From positions 821,616 through 885,615 of the forward strand of contig OZ199839.1 of NCBI GenBank assembly GCA_964304625.1: 64,000 nt of DNA, written 5' to 3'. Origin of the DNA: Kudoa neothunni. Its lineage: Eukaryota; Animalia; Cnidaria. Position 1 is the stretch's first letter. Each line of letters begins with the position of its first letter. Under the pieces are notes generated by a model. It searched no databases. It had not been told where the DNA came from and was given only the letters and a program-made list of their open reading frames with translations. The translations under genes were made by a program, and so were the position numbers. Below, one piece after another: positions 42,901 to 54,815 of this stretch.

Positions 42901-43439
42901 AAAAACAACTGTAGTTATAAGGATTTATCCTCTATAAATAATATAAATAAATATCAAAATACAGTGACAGTTTTGCCAAAATCAGCACTAAAGCTAACAT
43001 CTTTAGATCCAACATCGAAAACAAACACCTATCACACATTTAGCACTCATTTTTTATAGCGACACAAACTTTAGACGCGTTACTAATAACAGCCAAAAAA
43101 TCACCACCACTATCCAGAGATATGTATTTGATGGTGGTTCGAAACTAGTAAAACAATGCGAAAATAATTGAAGCAACAAAACTCCTCATTAATTTAATTA
43201 CTGGTTGGAAAGTGTGGACCAACTGACCGAGATGATTGATCACGTAGACTTTTCCATTATCGGTTCCAAATATAATATACTAAGCAGTAGAATATTATTA
43301 TATCAAATCAACTAAGAATCGACACTTTATCTGATGGCACCACAAAACTAAGAGATTCTTTGTTTTTAAAAATTTGAGCTATAGCTTCAGCGTAGATTGT
43401 GGTTTCAGAGTTTTCTGATGAAAATAAGGGTTCGTACAT
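36924..43439 (-). CDS. VPS41: Vacuolar protein sorting-associated protein 41 (HOPS subunit), multi-exon; start may extend to ~43628
   Basis: N-terminal WD40 (YEPLFS..IIFGTDNGKVYVINHLG), PRTCDQVVEWMLENECYTRAL, CHCR region (LIELLRQSTNY..CETHQLYPELVYL..VEDEDLWNILL), GFTIPNL..LKKIMRDY, RING FFCGHCFHQDC..CPEC; long intron 39893-42362. Confidence 0.9.
41060..41147 (-). mobile_element. Second copy (one end) of the pogo-type MITE, in the VPS41 long intron
   Basis: Reverse complement TACAGTGCAACCTTGATTATCCGGAAAATTTGGGACC..GATTTTCTT..GGATA.CGAG aligns with 8171-8250. Confidence 0.75.
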
Positions 43440-43878
43440 GGGACCTGAAAGATTAAAGATAGCCCTTCACTATGTATTAATTCTTCTTACCCAATGGACA
43501 ATAAATTCTACGAATGTTATTATTCTCACTGCGCACACCTGTATTAATAAATAACGCAAAATTATTAAAAAAAACTTATTTTACAAATCATCCGAATAAT
43601 AATACGTTAATTTGATGGATTTAACCATATTTTAACTGCATCATTATAGCGATTATTAATGTGTTTTAATTGAGTCTACTAGTTTTGCTGAACTATAACA
43701 TAATGACTGGATTTTTTCTAAGAAGATGTTAACAGTGAATAATTGTTGAGAAAACTGAATATTTAAGTAGAAGATACAACACTCGTGTTTGGTCGTTAAA
43801 CCTGATTACAAGTCGTTATATTTAAACAAATAATAGTTCAATATCGGAGTTGGTCGTTGATAATTGTTTGTCAGCCGA

Positions 43879-45934
43879 ATGTTCAAATATATTAAGTTAA
43901 CAGGGCGGCAATGCACCACCCTCTCACAGAAAGTTTTCTCTCTGTCCAAAGATAAATTTAAACTCGATAACCAATATGTTATTAATCCAAATAATCTTCT
44001 TGGACAACCAGTTCGACTACCGGTCGATATTGAAACTCTTACCAAAAATTCTCTTGATCAAATTAAATTTTTATATTCTAAAATTTTCTCTAAATATAAT
44101 GGTATTTTTATCATTTATTATTAAATTGTTGATCATACCAAAATTTGATAATTAAATTTGCGTATATAAATTTTTTTTTAGATGATACAACAAATCCGAC
44201 CGAAGTTGCTGAACTATTTGATGAACTATCAAATACTATCTGTTCTGTAGCTGATTGGGCGGATTGTATTGCTACAGTTCATCCTGACGTTCACTATAGA
44301 AATGCTGCTATGGAATCAAATTCTACGCTACAAAACATCGTTAATCAGTTCAATACGGATACCACATTGTATTCGATTTTGAAACGATGTATGAAAACCA
44401 CATATCACTATCAGACTGACCATGAAACAACAATGGTGATTAGATCATTGTTGGAGGATTTTGAACATAATGGAATTCTTCTGGATTCTACACAGAAATT
44501 ACAGTTGCTTCGTATGCAACAACAACTAGATCAATTTTCTCATAATTTCACACTGGGATGTATTGAAAAATGCCACATACCTCACCAACAGATTTCATCT
44601 GATTCTTCTCGTGTTCAGTGGGAACACCTCAAAGATATGCTCAATTGCAGATTTCACTTAGGTCAACATTTACAGCGTAGAAACTATGCCGATTGGGCTA
44701 TATCTTGCTCAATGGCCAAATCGGTGTCTAATGTAGAGTGTTTCTTGGAGAACACACGCAAAACTATAACAACTCTACTTGAGGAAAATTTCAACGATTC
44801 CATTTGTTCTCTACCTATCAGTTTTTTCCATACCGATGCCATTATTCACGAGAAATGCCTCTCAAAACAATTCCATAACTTTTCATTCGATTTTTTATAT
44901 TTTCTCAATTTTATATGCGAATTCTTCAAGTCTGTGTATAATATTCAGTTGACGGTCGAATCCAACCAGGATATGGATGTATGGGATGAATGTATCATTC
45001 CTATCAAAGTTGAGCAGTTGAGTGAAGATAACAGTGAGATTGACTCGCGAGGTTACATCTATTTGGACCTCTTCCAAAGAAAACACAAAAGCAATGTTTC
45101 GTGCCATTTCACGTTGCTTGGTAGGAAACTACTTCGCAACAATGAAGTTCAATTACCGAGGGTGTTTCTAAGTGTACCCATTCTTCACTCTCAACCGATT
45201 AACACATCTAATAACAGCTTGGAAGTGAGCTTTGATGGTGTGGCTGAATTTATGCACGAATTTGGACATTCATTACATTCGATTCTCTACCAGGGAAAAT
45301 ATCAACATCTATCTGGCACTCGCTGTTCCACTGATATCGCTGAAATACCTTCCACACTCTTTGAAAGTTTCCTACATGATGACCGATTTCTAGCCAATTG
45401 TCAAGAGAAAATCAACCACACTCAAGCTGAACTCTACTGTCATCAAATTAAACTCAAAAAAATGTTCCAACTTCTAGAATGTTCCATGGCTGCTTCTATC
45501 GATCTACAACTCCATAATATCAATCAACCTTATCAAAATTGTGAAGCCGTAATCTCCAGAATTAGAATGATATATGATAGATTTGGAGACGTGTTTAAAT
45601 TCGATCATGGTGGTTAATTGATTTCCGTTTTTGTGACATTACCTTCTATAATATGCTATCCTATATAGGTGATATGTATCATCAATTTTTCCAACATTTT
45701 TCAAATTATGGCGCCAAATACTATTCTTATTTATGGGCCCAAGCATGTGCCGGTCTCATCTACAATCATAACCTACGCCGCGATATATTTGATATTGGAG
45801 CACATAGAAAAATCAAGAAATTCCTTCTCAGCCAAGGAGCTGTTGTCGATGGAGAGGAAATCATGAGAAACCTTGTTTCCACTAAAACTTCTAATGTTAG
45901 AGTTGACAATCTTGTGTCGGGACTTATTTTTTAA
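43879..45934 (+). CDS. MIPEP: Mitochondrial intermediate peptidase (M3 metallopeptidase), 3 exons
   Basis: FDELSNTICSVADWADC..HPD, GYIYLDLFQRKHK..CHFT, HEFGHSLHSIL zinc motif, YQHLSGTRCSTDIAEIPSTLFE, YGAKYYSYL; two phase-1 introns. Confidence 0.93.
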
Positions 45935-47129
45935 TAGAAAAATATTTTTTTGAGATATTTTTATTTTCGATGATTTATATAAATTGTTCGAAATACTACT
46001 ATTTTCATGCGCTACCCTTTTATGTGTGTGATTGTTGAAAATACATTATCATTTTTCGTCACAATTATTCGCATTAACCTTCCATCACACGCGTGAGGAA
46101 CTTTACGCAGTCACACACATTGTTGTGGTCCATGGACCCATCAAAAAGGAACAACGATTAGGCGTTAATAACCGAGGAGTCCAACCATTTTTAACACAAT
46201 TATTGTATATAGTATCCGAATTTATTTAGCTAACAAATTTTAACACGTCATACAACTTATTCTCGTTTTTTATCATTTAAACCGATTTATAAACAGCATC
46301 TATTGTCGATAAAAGAACTTTGTGTGCTACATGAAAGTTTATTTGATTCATTATTTACGTTCAATATATTATCAACCCATTAAAACCAAAATTTTTCGCG
46401 GTACAAATATAATATATTACGTAAAACTGATTATTCATAAATAGTGAAAACGTTAAAATTCTATATATATTTTGTATCAGTCATTATAATCAAATTACAG
46501 GAAAAAATTATGATTAAATAAAAATCATATTTCGATGTATCGTAATCACGTAAAAATTTCACGGAGTTTTTAAAATTCATTGAAAATTTATTTCGTATCT
46601 GATTTGTAAATAATGGCTGAATTTAATCAAAATGCTTACATCGAATAATTTTTTTGTGCATGCGCGCCAAAATTGAGGTCAACTTCTCATTTTTAAAAAT
46701 ATTCCACTTCCAAAAATATATAAAGCTGAAGTATTTTATTATAGATGAGATAGCTTAAGCTTATGTATACATTTTTTTTGTAATAGATATGTTATATAGT
46801 GGTGATTAGTGACAATAATGATTTATTAGGTGGTAGGTGGTACACACAAATAATCCTTACATAACTTTATTCAATTAATTCCTCAAGTTTACAGATATAT
46901 CAATATTTGTAAACTATGATAAATTATATTTTACCTTAAATCTTTTTTAAAGTATATTACAATTATAGTTATAAATAAATTACGTTGATTAGAATGACAC
47001 TCGTTTTTTAATTTATTAACATGTATTATGTTATAATTTCCGATAATTATATTTAATTGGATTTTAAATAGATAAAATTTATTAAAATGTTCTGAAATTT
47101 CTTTGAAGAAAATATTCAAAAAAGAGCGC

Positions 47130-47850
47130 CATAGAAGTGAAATCTTTTGTCGTTATCATTTAAATTTTAATGGGCTTTAAGCGCGAAAAAGTTAAACCTT
47201 TTATTATACAACCGATTTTAATAAATTGCATGCTCACTAACTTTAAAAACTCCTTTTGTCGAATAGATTTATCATTCTTTACCAAAATATAACACACACT
47301 TATTGACATTATATCTATTTGTGTGTGAAATGTGATAATAGGATATCTTTATGCAATTCGGTAGGTAGAATAGTTTTCACACATTTGATCTATCGCGTCA
47401 ATTCCGCCTTTTCCTAAAAATTGTAAAAATAGATAATCTCTGATAGTTTTTTAGAATGATTCGAATCAACCGTCGAATTATGGTGAAATGAATTCATCAA
47501 TGTAATGGACTTATTTATTTTGGGAACATACGATATCAATGCTAAATCTTTTGTAAATACAAGAGAAGATGAATGTAGTTCACGCATTTTAGAAGGCAAG
47601 AATTCGATGATACTTCCTCATTAATTTTCTTAATGATCCCGCAAGAAATTATATCAATCATAAACAATTCCTGGAATAATGGAACTGAATTAAAAATAGT
47701 TGTCGACATGATGTTTCTTCCAGAGCTTAAAATTAAATTGATCAGGTGCATCAATAAACCATGAGGAGGGTAGTCAATTTTGTTAGTCTCTTTGATCCTT
47801 TATGTACTCAATGTACCCTCATTATGTTTTTCATCTACCATGGGTTTATA
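47130..47850 (-). pseudogene. piggyBac transposase remnant (ends not resolved)
   Basis: SGRNI..NSVPL, LISYVPKINKSITL, KKLSEIIYFYN, then frameshifted KGGIDAIDQMCENYS. Confidence 0.75.
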
Positions 47851-48500
47851 TTAAGCTTATAACTAATTTCATTGACAATGAAGGAGTTTTCTATGAAGAT
47901 AATTACAATTTTTTGCTATACAAACGAATTATACATCGCTTTTTAAATAGTTATATAGGAATGTAATCCTTTTAATTTGATGCCAGAAATATAAATCTTT
48001 TACTTGAAAATAAGATCTAGTAGCTATTAGTTGTATAAAATTAATATAAGACTGGGTCTGATTATCGTGGAAACGTGGTACATATTCTTGTCCGCCTACT
48101 AGTTTAGGATAACTATCCGGTCCTACAAACCCATTGATTTGCCTACCTTGATATAGATAAACGATTTTTTGTCGATACCACGCATATCCATCATTTAGGC
48201 TCACCTAAAAACACAGTTGATTTATTCCAAATTAATTGCTATTTCTGTCACCACATTCTCCCATTTAAAATATGATGGAAAAATTACCGCTATTTGGTAG
48301 AAGCAAAATACAAGAGGGATTTAATAAATTAAACGGTATATAAATTTAATACGATTAATGACCCTCATTGCGTTAGTTTCTATAATATGTTGAAATAGAA
48401 AATAATATACTTAATGGGTAAATAATTCCACTGTTGTTAATATTAGTTTTGTTATATAACAAATTTTTCTCTTTGCAGAATTTCGGTTTAACCTTATAAG

Positions 48501-50524
48501 TAGGGTTGGAAATTTTCGATTTAAATCGATTTTCGTTGATTTAAACCGTCGAATTTGCAAAAATTCCCCGGGTTTTATTTTTTTTCGATCGAAAAACGTC
48601 GTTTTTAGCCGGTTTTTACCGCATTAGTCAAATGCAAAAATGGGAAGGAAACGACATGGAATAACTAATTATTTGACTGAATGGAGTGATTTAGAAGCTG
48701 CTGGTGATGTACTAATATGTAGATATTGCAAAGTGTCGATACCTACGAAACAAAATAGACTACAGGAGCACGTTAATTCTCAAAAACATTGTTCCATCAA
48801 GTCGAATTTGTCGAAAATAAACCCTCTAACTAATATATTTTATCGAGACGCGACGAATTCAAATAAAACAGAAATAGATATGGTTAAAATAGTTGCTTTT
48901 GATGGCCTCCCATTTTATTCGATTAATAAAGAAAGCAATCTAAGGAAATTTATTTCTACGTATTGTCCTGCGTCACGGTCGCTATCTGAAGGAAAATATT
49001 TAATTGAAAAGCATCTTCCAATGATGTATAAGGAAGCCGTGACCACTATTAAACTAATGATGTCTGATTTACGTCTTAGTTTAATAATTGACGAGTCCCC
49101 AGAAGCTAAAAACCGACCAATTTTTAACACTTTGGCCTGCTTCCGTGATAGTTCCTCAGATAGACGCAAAACAATTATGTTAGATTCTTCGCGACTTATA
49201 CAATGTAATTCTGTTATTGTTGCTAGCCATTTGTCTGAAATTCTAAAACGATATGATTTGGATTGAAAAAATTGTATCGCTATTATTTCTGACTCGGCGT
49301 CTTACATGAAAAAATATTATATCGAATTGAAAGTTATATATCCTCATATCGCCAGAATCTCATTTTTTTTCATATATTATTCATGGAGCTGTTCAAAAAG
49401 CTGTTGACCTTTACTTTAAGGATGTTAGAAATTTTTGCATGGAATTTTCATCCCTACTGTCAAAAAATAGGAAAGCAAAACACTCTTTTTTGATACACCT
49501 TAAGAATAATAATTTTGAGAGTTTCAAAGAAATTCCGAGAGTATTAGATGTACGGTGGTATAGTTTCTTTAATTGTATAAAGCAAGTAAAGGGGTATTAC
49601 CCAGCAGTTATCGACTTTTTAAAAGATATAAAAGGAGATAAATTTGAAGAAAAACTTAATGAATTTTTACGTTTCTTTAAATATTTTAATCGATGCACTT
49701 ACTCCATTATTTGATTTTTAAAAAATAATTGAAACCGAAGAGAATTGTATCTCGAAAATTTGTGACTGGATAAAGAATGACTTTGGAATCGACAAGAACT
49801 ATTTGCTAAAAAATCACAAGGACGTTATCGGTCTCGTTCCATTTCAATGTAGAATTAATCTTCTACTTAAATGTGAACATTTATGCGACAAAATTATTAA
49901 TGAACTAAAATGTTCAATATCTAAAAATCTAAATGAATGTTTGCCCTCAAATACATTTTTTGAAACTGTGAAAAATCTCGATTCAAACGATATAATTTCA
50001 ATTGTACGTTTGAATGTTGATGATCTTTGTTACTTTTTACAGATTGAAGACAGGCAACAACTTATGAATGAATTCGATTTGTTATGTAAAGAGGCAAAAG
50101 ATTTAACAAGATCAGTCGATCCTAACTTTTGGAAAACGCGATCAAATGTTTTACTTCAACTTTCAATACTTTGTCAAGATATATTGACCCTGCCAGTGTC
50201 ATCAATCAATGTTGAAAGGAGTTTCTCAAAACTCCGATACGTTTTCGGAAAAGAAAGAAAAAATTTAGGTGATGGTCGCCTTACAGTGTTGGCGATGCTA
50301 AATTTCAATGGTCCATTATAATTATTTTAATTCACGATTATCGAATTTATTTTGTTTTCTTTTTATTTAGCGTTTTTATTTCTTTAAATAAAAGTCGATA
50401 AAAATCGAGTTTACAAATTTTATTTATACATAAGCCGATACAAGTCGAATTTGAAAAAAATTTTATTCGATCGATAAATACCGTCGATTTACAAAAAAAT
50501 AAAAGTCGAAAATTTCCAACCCCA
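48501..50524 (+). mobile_element. Full-length hAT transposon with a disrupted transposase
   Basis: TIRs TAGGGTTGGAAATTTTCGA / TCGAAAATTTCCAACCCCA; perfect 8-bp TSD CTTATAAG (48493-48500, 50525-50532); subterminal TCGA-rich repeats. Confidence 0.95.
48640..50321 (+). pseudogene. hAT transposase with CGGBP1/BED-like N-terminal zinc finger; in-frame TGA and frameshifts
   Basis: LICRYC...QEHVNSQKH; catalytic motifs LIIDES, SDSASYMKK, VRWYS, PVSSINVERSFS; TGA at 49264-49266 and frame changes near 49370 and 49700-49800. Confidence 0.88.
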
Positions 50525-50699
50525 CTTATAAGGAGAAGAAAATTCTTTCAATTTAATGAATTTTAGACCGAATACAATAAATATCAGACCGTTTTCAAAT
50601 AATCTCGCATTGATCAGGAAGCCCCATAAGATAATACTATTCATCTATTCATCCACCCTAAACAAACTTGCCGTCTAACAACGATAAGTATTAGATCAA

Positions 50700-53600
50700 A
50701 TGAAATCTATTTTTATTATTTGTTTGCTATTTTTGTATCACAAATCAAACGGTTACAATAATTATTCTATTCGATATAAATTATACATTACGTAGACTGT
50801 TTAAAATTCAAAAGCATTGTTATAAAAGACAGCGGTGATAAATTAAAATATGCATTCGTGCTTAAAGATATTGAAGACTTTTCTAATGGTTACAATTTCG
50901 TTTTGGCCAATGGACAAGGGTTGGGAAATCAACCTACAATTAACCAACTCAATACTGGTGACATGAGCCCTTACACACACAAGGTTATGTTGGAAGATTC
51001 TTCAAGTTTATTCCTGAAAATAAAGTCTGGTGGAGTAACAAAAGCATACAAACTTAATAAAGGTACTAAAATATATTATTAAACGCATAATTTGATTGTG
51101 GTGTGCAGATTATTATTTTATGAACGAGTCTTTTCCACTGACCATTCAACAGACGGAAATAAAATTCTCGATACCAAAATATTTGCATAAGGAAACGCAT
51201 GAGCATCCATTACTCATGAATGATGTTTATTTTAAAATGCAAAACCAACTGATGCTAGAAATTCTGGTTCAGACAAACAAATAATTATTTCGAAAAGAGT
51301 CGATTTGGAATCCATTTATGAGTTGACGCTCAACAAATTTTTACCTGTATATCAATTTCACACGAAAACCAATTTTCTAGTCTCATCAGAAGCCCATAAA
51401 ATCATGGGGAAGGTTTCATTAATCCCTAATGATTTTAAATTTATTAATGATCATCCATATAAATCTGATTTATGCTATTATGAATTCAGAATCAAAGATA
51501 CTGATAATTATGAAAGTCGATGCAAGGGGCAGAAATGTATTAATTTATGCACAACAATAAAATTAGATTCAGACGTCGGTGCTGACTCATTCAGCCGTTT
51601 TAGGATAAAAAATTTAAGGTATCGGAACTTTCACGAATATATCAGAGGTAATAATTCTGTATCACTCATTATAACAATAAAATTTAGGCGACTTGAATAA
51701 TAATGAGGGAAATTTTAGAATTCGTTTACGCAATCTTGATGTTAGTGGATTTACATCAACATCAGCCAGCGATTTCAAATGCAGCGGGATTAAATTAAAC
51801 CCATTCGACTATTCAGGAGAACAAATAAATTACAACGATAATAAAATTACAGACTGTGGCACTTCCCAAAAAATAATTCCTGGCTATTTTGTTGCAACTT
51901 ATACTGGAGATGATGGAAAATTGGATCAAATACTAATAAAATATGGTTATTTAATATTGTCCAATTAAATTATTTTGACACTTTGAAATAGAAAAATTGT
52001 TATCTTCCAGAGATTATTTTGTTATTGAAGGTGCATACCAAATTCACATATTTCAATTCTACCAATCGGAGAGAGATAAAACTAATGATTTATCACACGT
52101 AGAAAGGAATGATGATGAAACAATGTGTAAAATAATGATATCAAATCATCAAGATTATAACTATGTGCCTGCATTATGTGATGAATTTGAATCAATATGT
52201 TACAATAGATGGAACGACCATTTCAACATTGTCGCCTCACAGAAGGTCAAGAGTATAACATGAAGTTGGAGTGTTTAAATTCTGAGATTAATCATCGATT
52301 TGAACATAAAATTGAATTGTCAAGTATACAGGTTTTTTTAATCTCGCTCTTAATCTAATATAGAGAATTTTGTTCCTGACTTAAAATTTGAATCAGACGA
52401 TGGGAAAAAATAAGATTATAGTTACTTTTCGCAGCAAACACTCTTCAGCCAGAATTGGAACAGATACTTTAACGTGTTTGATTGTCATGAGAGAGATAGT
52501 CGATCGAAATAATAATATAAAATATTACAAAATCTGTGGGGAAGAAATTTTTGCATATTACCATGTGACAATCTTATACACGATGAATTGGATCGAATAA
52601 ATCATATGGTGTATTCGATTTTTGTTCCATACATGATGAGTGACTTTTTAGACTGGCAAAAAATTGGTTAATTTAATTTTATCTTTTAATACATACTTAT
52701 CTTTACATGTAATTTTTAGAATTTAGTACGAATGGACTAGGATCATTGAAAAATCCCTCAACGATTAATTATAATGCCGAAAAATATGAAATTACAAACA
52801 ATTCAATAGGAGACGTTATGAAAAAAGCCCTTAAAAAGTTTTATGAACAAGAGTTTACTAAGAGATTTCCTTATAAAAGCTACGAAGAAAATTATTTTAA
52901 GCCCAAATTAGATAAATATACTTTTATTGGCACGAAAATATATTCGACACACCGCTCAATAGTTTATACCAACAAAAAAATGGTTTTATTCCATTAGCCA
53001 CTAAAATTCCTAATAATTTGAAAATGAGGGAGATATAAACAATGAGGGTAACATAAATAAAATGAATTTTAGTAATATAATATTTTAACACACGTAGAAG
53101 TCTCTGTTGATTCTTCACCCCCTTCTCCAAATCCCCCAAACAACGGGGGCACTCCTGGTATGAAACCTTTGTCTTATTTTTTATATTCTTTTAACTGTTC
53201 TGACACGGAAAATGCACAATATTTGAAAAATTTTTGAAGGTTTATTTTAAAATTAACATTGTTTTTGACGCAGATAAACTAGAAATTCAGGCAAAGAAAC
53301 CACCTGCAGTCAACAATAATAATAATAGAAAAAAAAATATCTACAAATAAATATCCTATTTGACTAAAAATCCATATAAAATATAATTTTAAAATTAATA
53401 TACTATAATTAATAATTTCTATAAAAATACATTTCTAATATTTAGACAAACCAACAGTTCTACAAGTGGATAAAAAACCGAAGCTTAAACAGAAAAATTT
53501 CAACCGAGGTATAATATATTCTGTCATTTTTAGTAAATTGTTTTTAATAATGGGGAGAAAAAAAATTAAATCGGTAATTATCTATAGGAACAGAAAATAA

Positions 53601-53823
53601 TGACTCCTCGAAAAACATCGAGTAATATATAACGTGTTCTGTTGTATTAATTCCCATTTTTATAGTGGAAAGCAAATATTGATAAGGTAGTATAATATAA
53701 ATAAATGAGTAATAACAATTTCGATTCAGTTCAATCGTACCATGTGTAATTGCTATTGCGTTACTGGGTTTGGGTGGTCTTTTATACATGAAAAGAAGAT
53801 GGGGATTGATGCGGAATCTCTAA
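50700..53823 (+). CDS. Orphan single-pass type-I membrane protein, multi-exon, several apparent 1-nt frameshifts
   Basis: Signal peptide MKSIFIICLLFLY; long Cys-containing ectodomain across ORFs 50858-52997; Pro-rich stalk micro-exons; TM IVPCVIAIALLGLGGLLY followed by MKRRWGLMRNL*. Confidence 0.75.
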
Positions 53824-54815
53824 CATCATTGATTGAAATATTATTAACACTTTATTAATAACCGTTTTTAGAAATTATAATATGGAGTTTGCCTTTTTTA
53901 TCCCAATCTCTAAATATTATAAATTTTAATATACGTATCATTCATAATAAATCTCTCAATACTCTCGAAAATTACAAAATTTCGATGATTATTATGGACT
54001 AAAATTTAATATAGTAAATTCTTAGAATAATTTCAGTATTATAAAAATTTCGATTATAATCTTTATTAAGTCAAATTATTTCAACAAAAAATGTATATAT
54101 ATCGAAGGAAAAATTATTTTCCTTCATTGATTATGGTTCCCAATTTAAAACAGTAAGTTTAATTAACATTAAATTTATTAAATAAAATTAATTTCCAAAT
54201 AAAAAATGACAAAAAATAAAATAGAGATTAAAAATAATAATAATAATCATTTATTGCTGCTATGGTTTTTCATAAAGATTTTAATTAATTTTGTTACGTA
54301 TATTCTGAATGATATTTAGGCATCACATTAGCTCGTTTGTTTTGTATATATCCAAATTTACATTTGAAGACTCCCATCTAGTCCAGCATAATTTAAATTT
54401 ACGCCTTTTCTGCTTGCAATCTCTTAGTTTTGGTTTATGATGGGGGTCTACAATCTTTCTGAGTGACGGGCCGAATAGACATACCCTAACTCTAATGGGA
54501 GCCATATTAAAATTAATTTACAACAATTTTAGGGTATTATAAATTGCGAAGGTATATTTTTAAGTTTTAAGTTGAAACCTAGTTTCGTTATTTAGGTCAC
54601 TTTTATAACAATTTGTGGAATATTTGTGGGCGTCAATAACAATATTTTGTCAAGATAGTCATTGCGAAATCTAGTTCTTAATTTATTCCTAGAAAAACCT
54701 TTATGTAAGAATATATGCTGTCAAGTAGTGATAGCGTCACTTTCGCACTATTCTAAAGATTTTTTATCTTCAAATCAATATTAATATATCTTTATTTAAA
54801 TCAAGTGTTGATTAA

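Noticed and set aside
49264-49266. TGA where Trp might be expected in the hAT transposase (also ~7826 in a piggyBac relic), suggesting TGA=Trp recoding
   Set aside because: RAB7 ends in TGA right after its SCC prenylation motif and intact genes use TGG for Trp; these are nonsense mutations in dead TEs.
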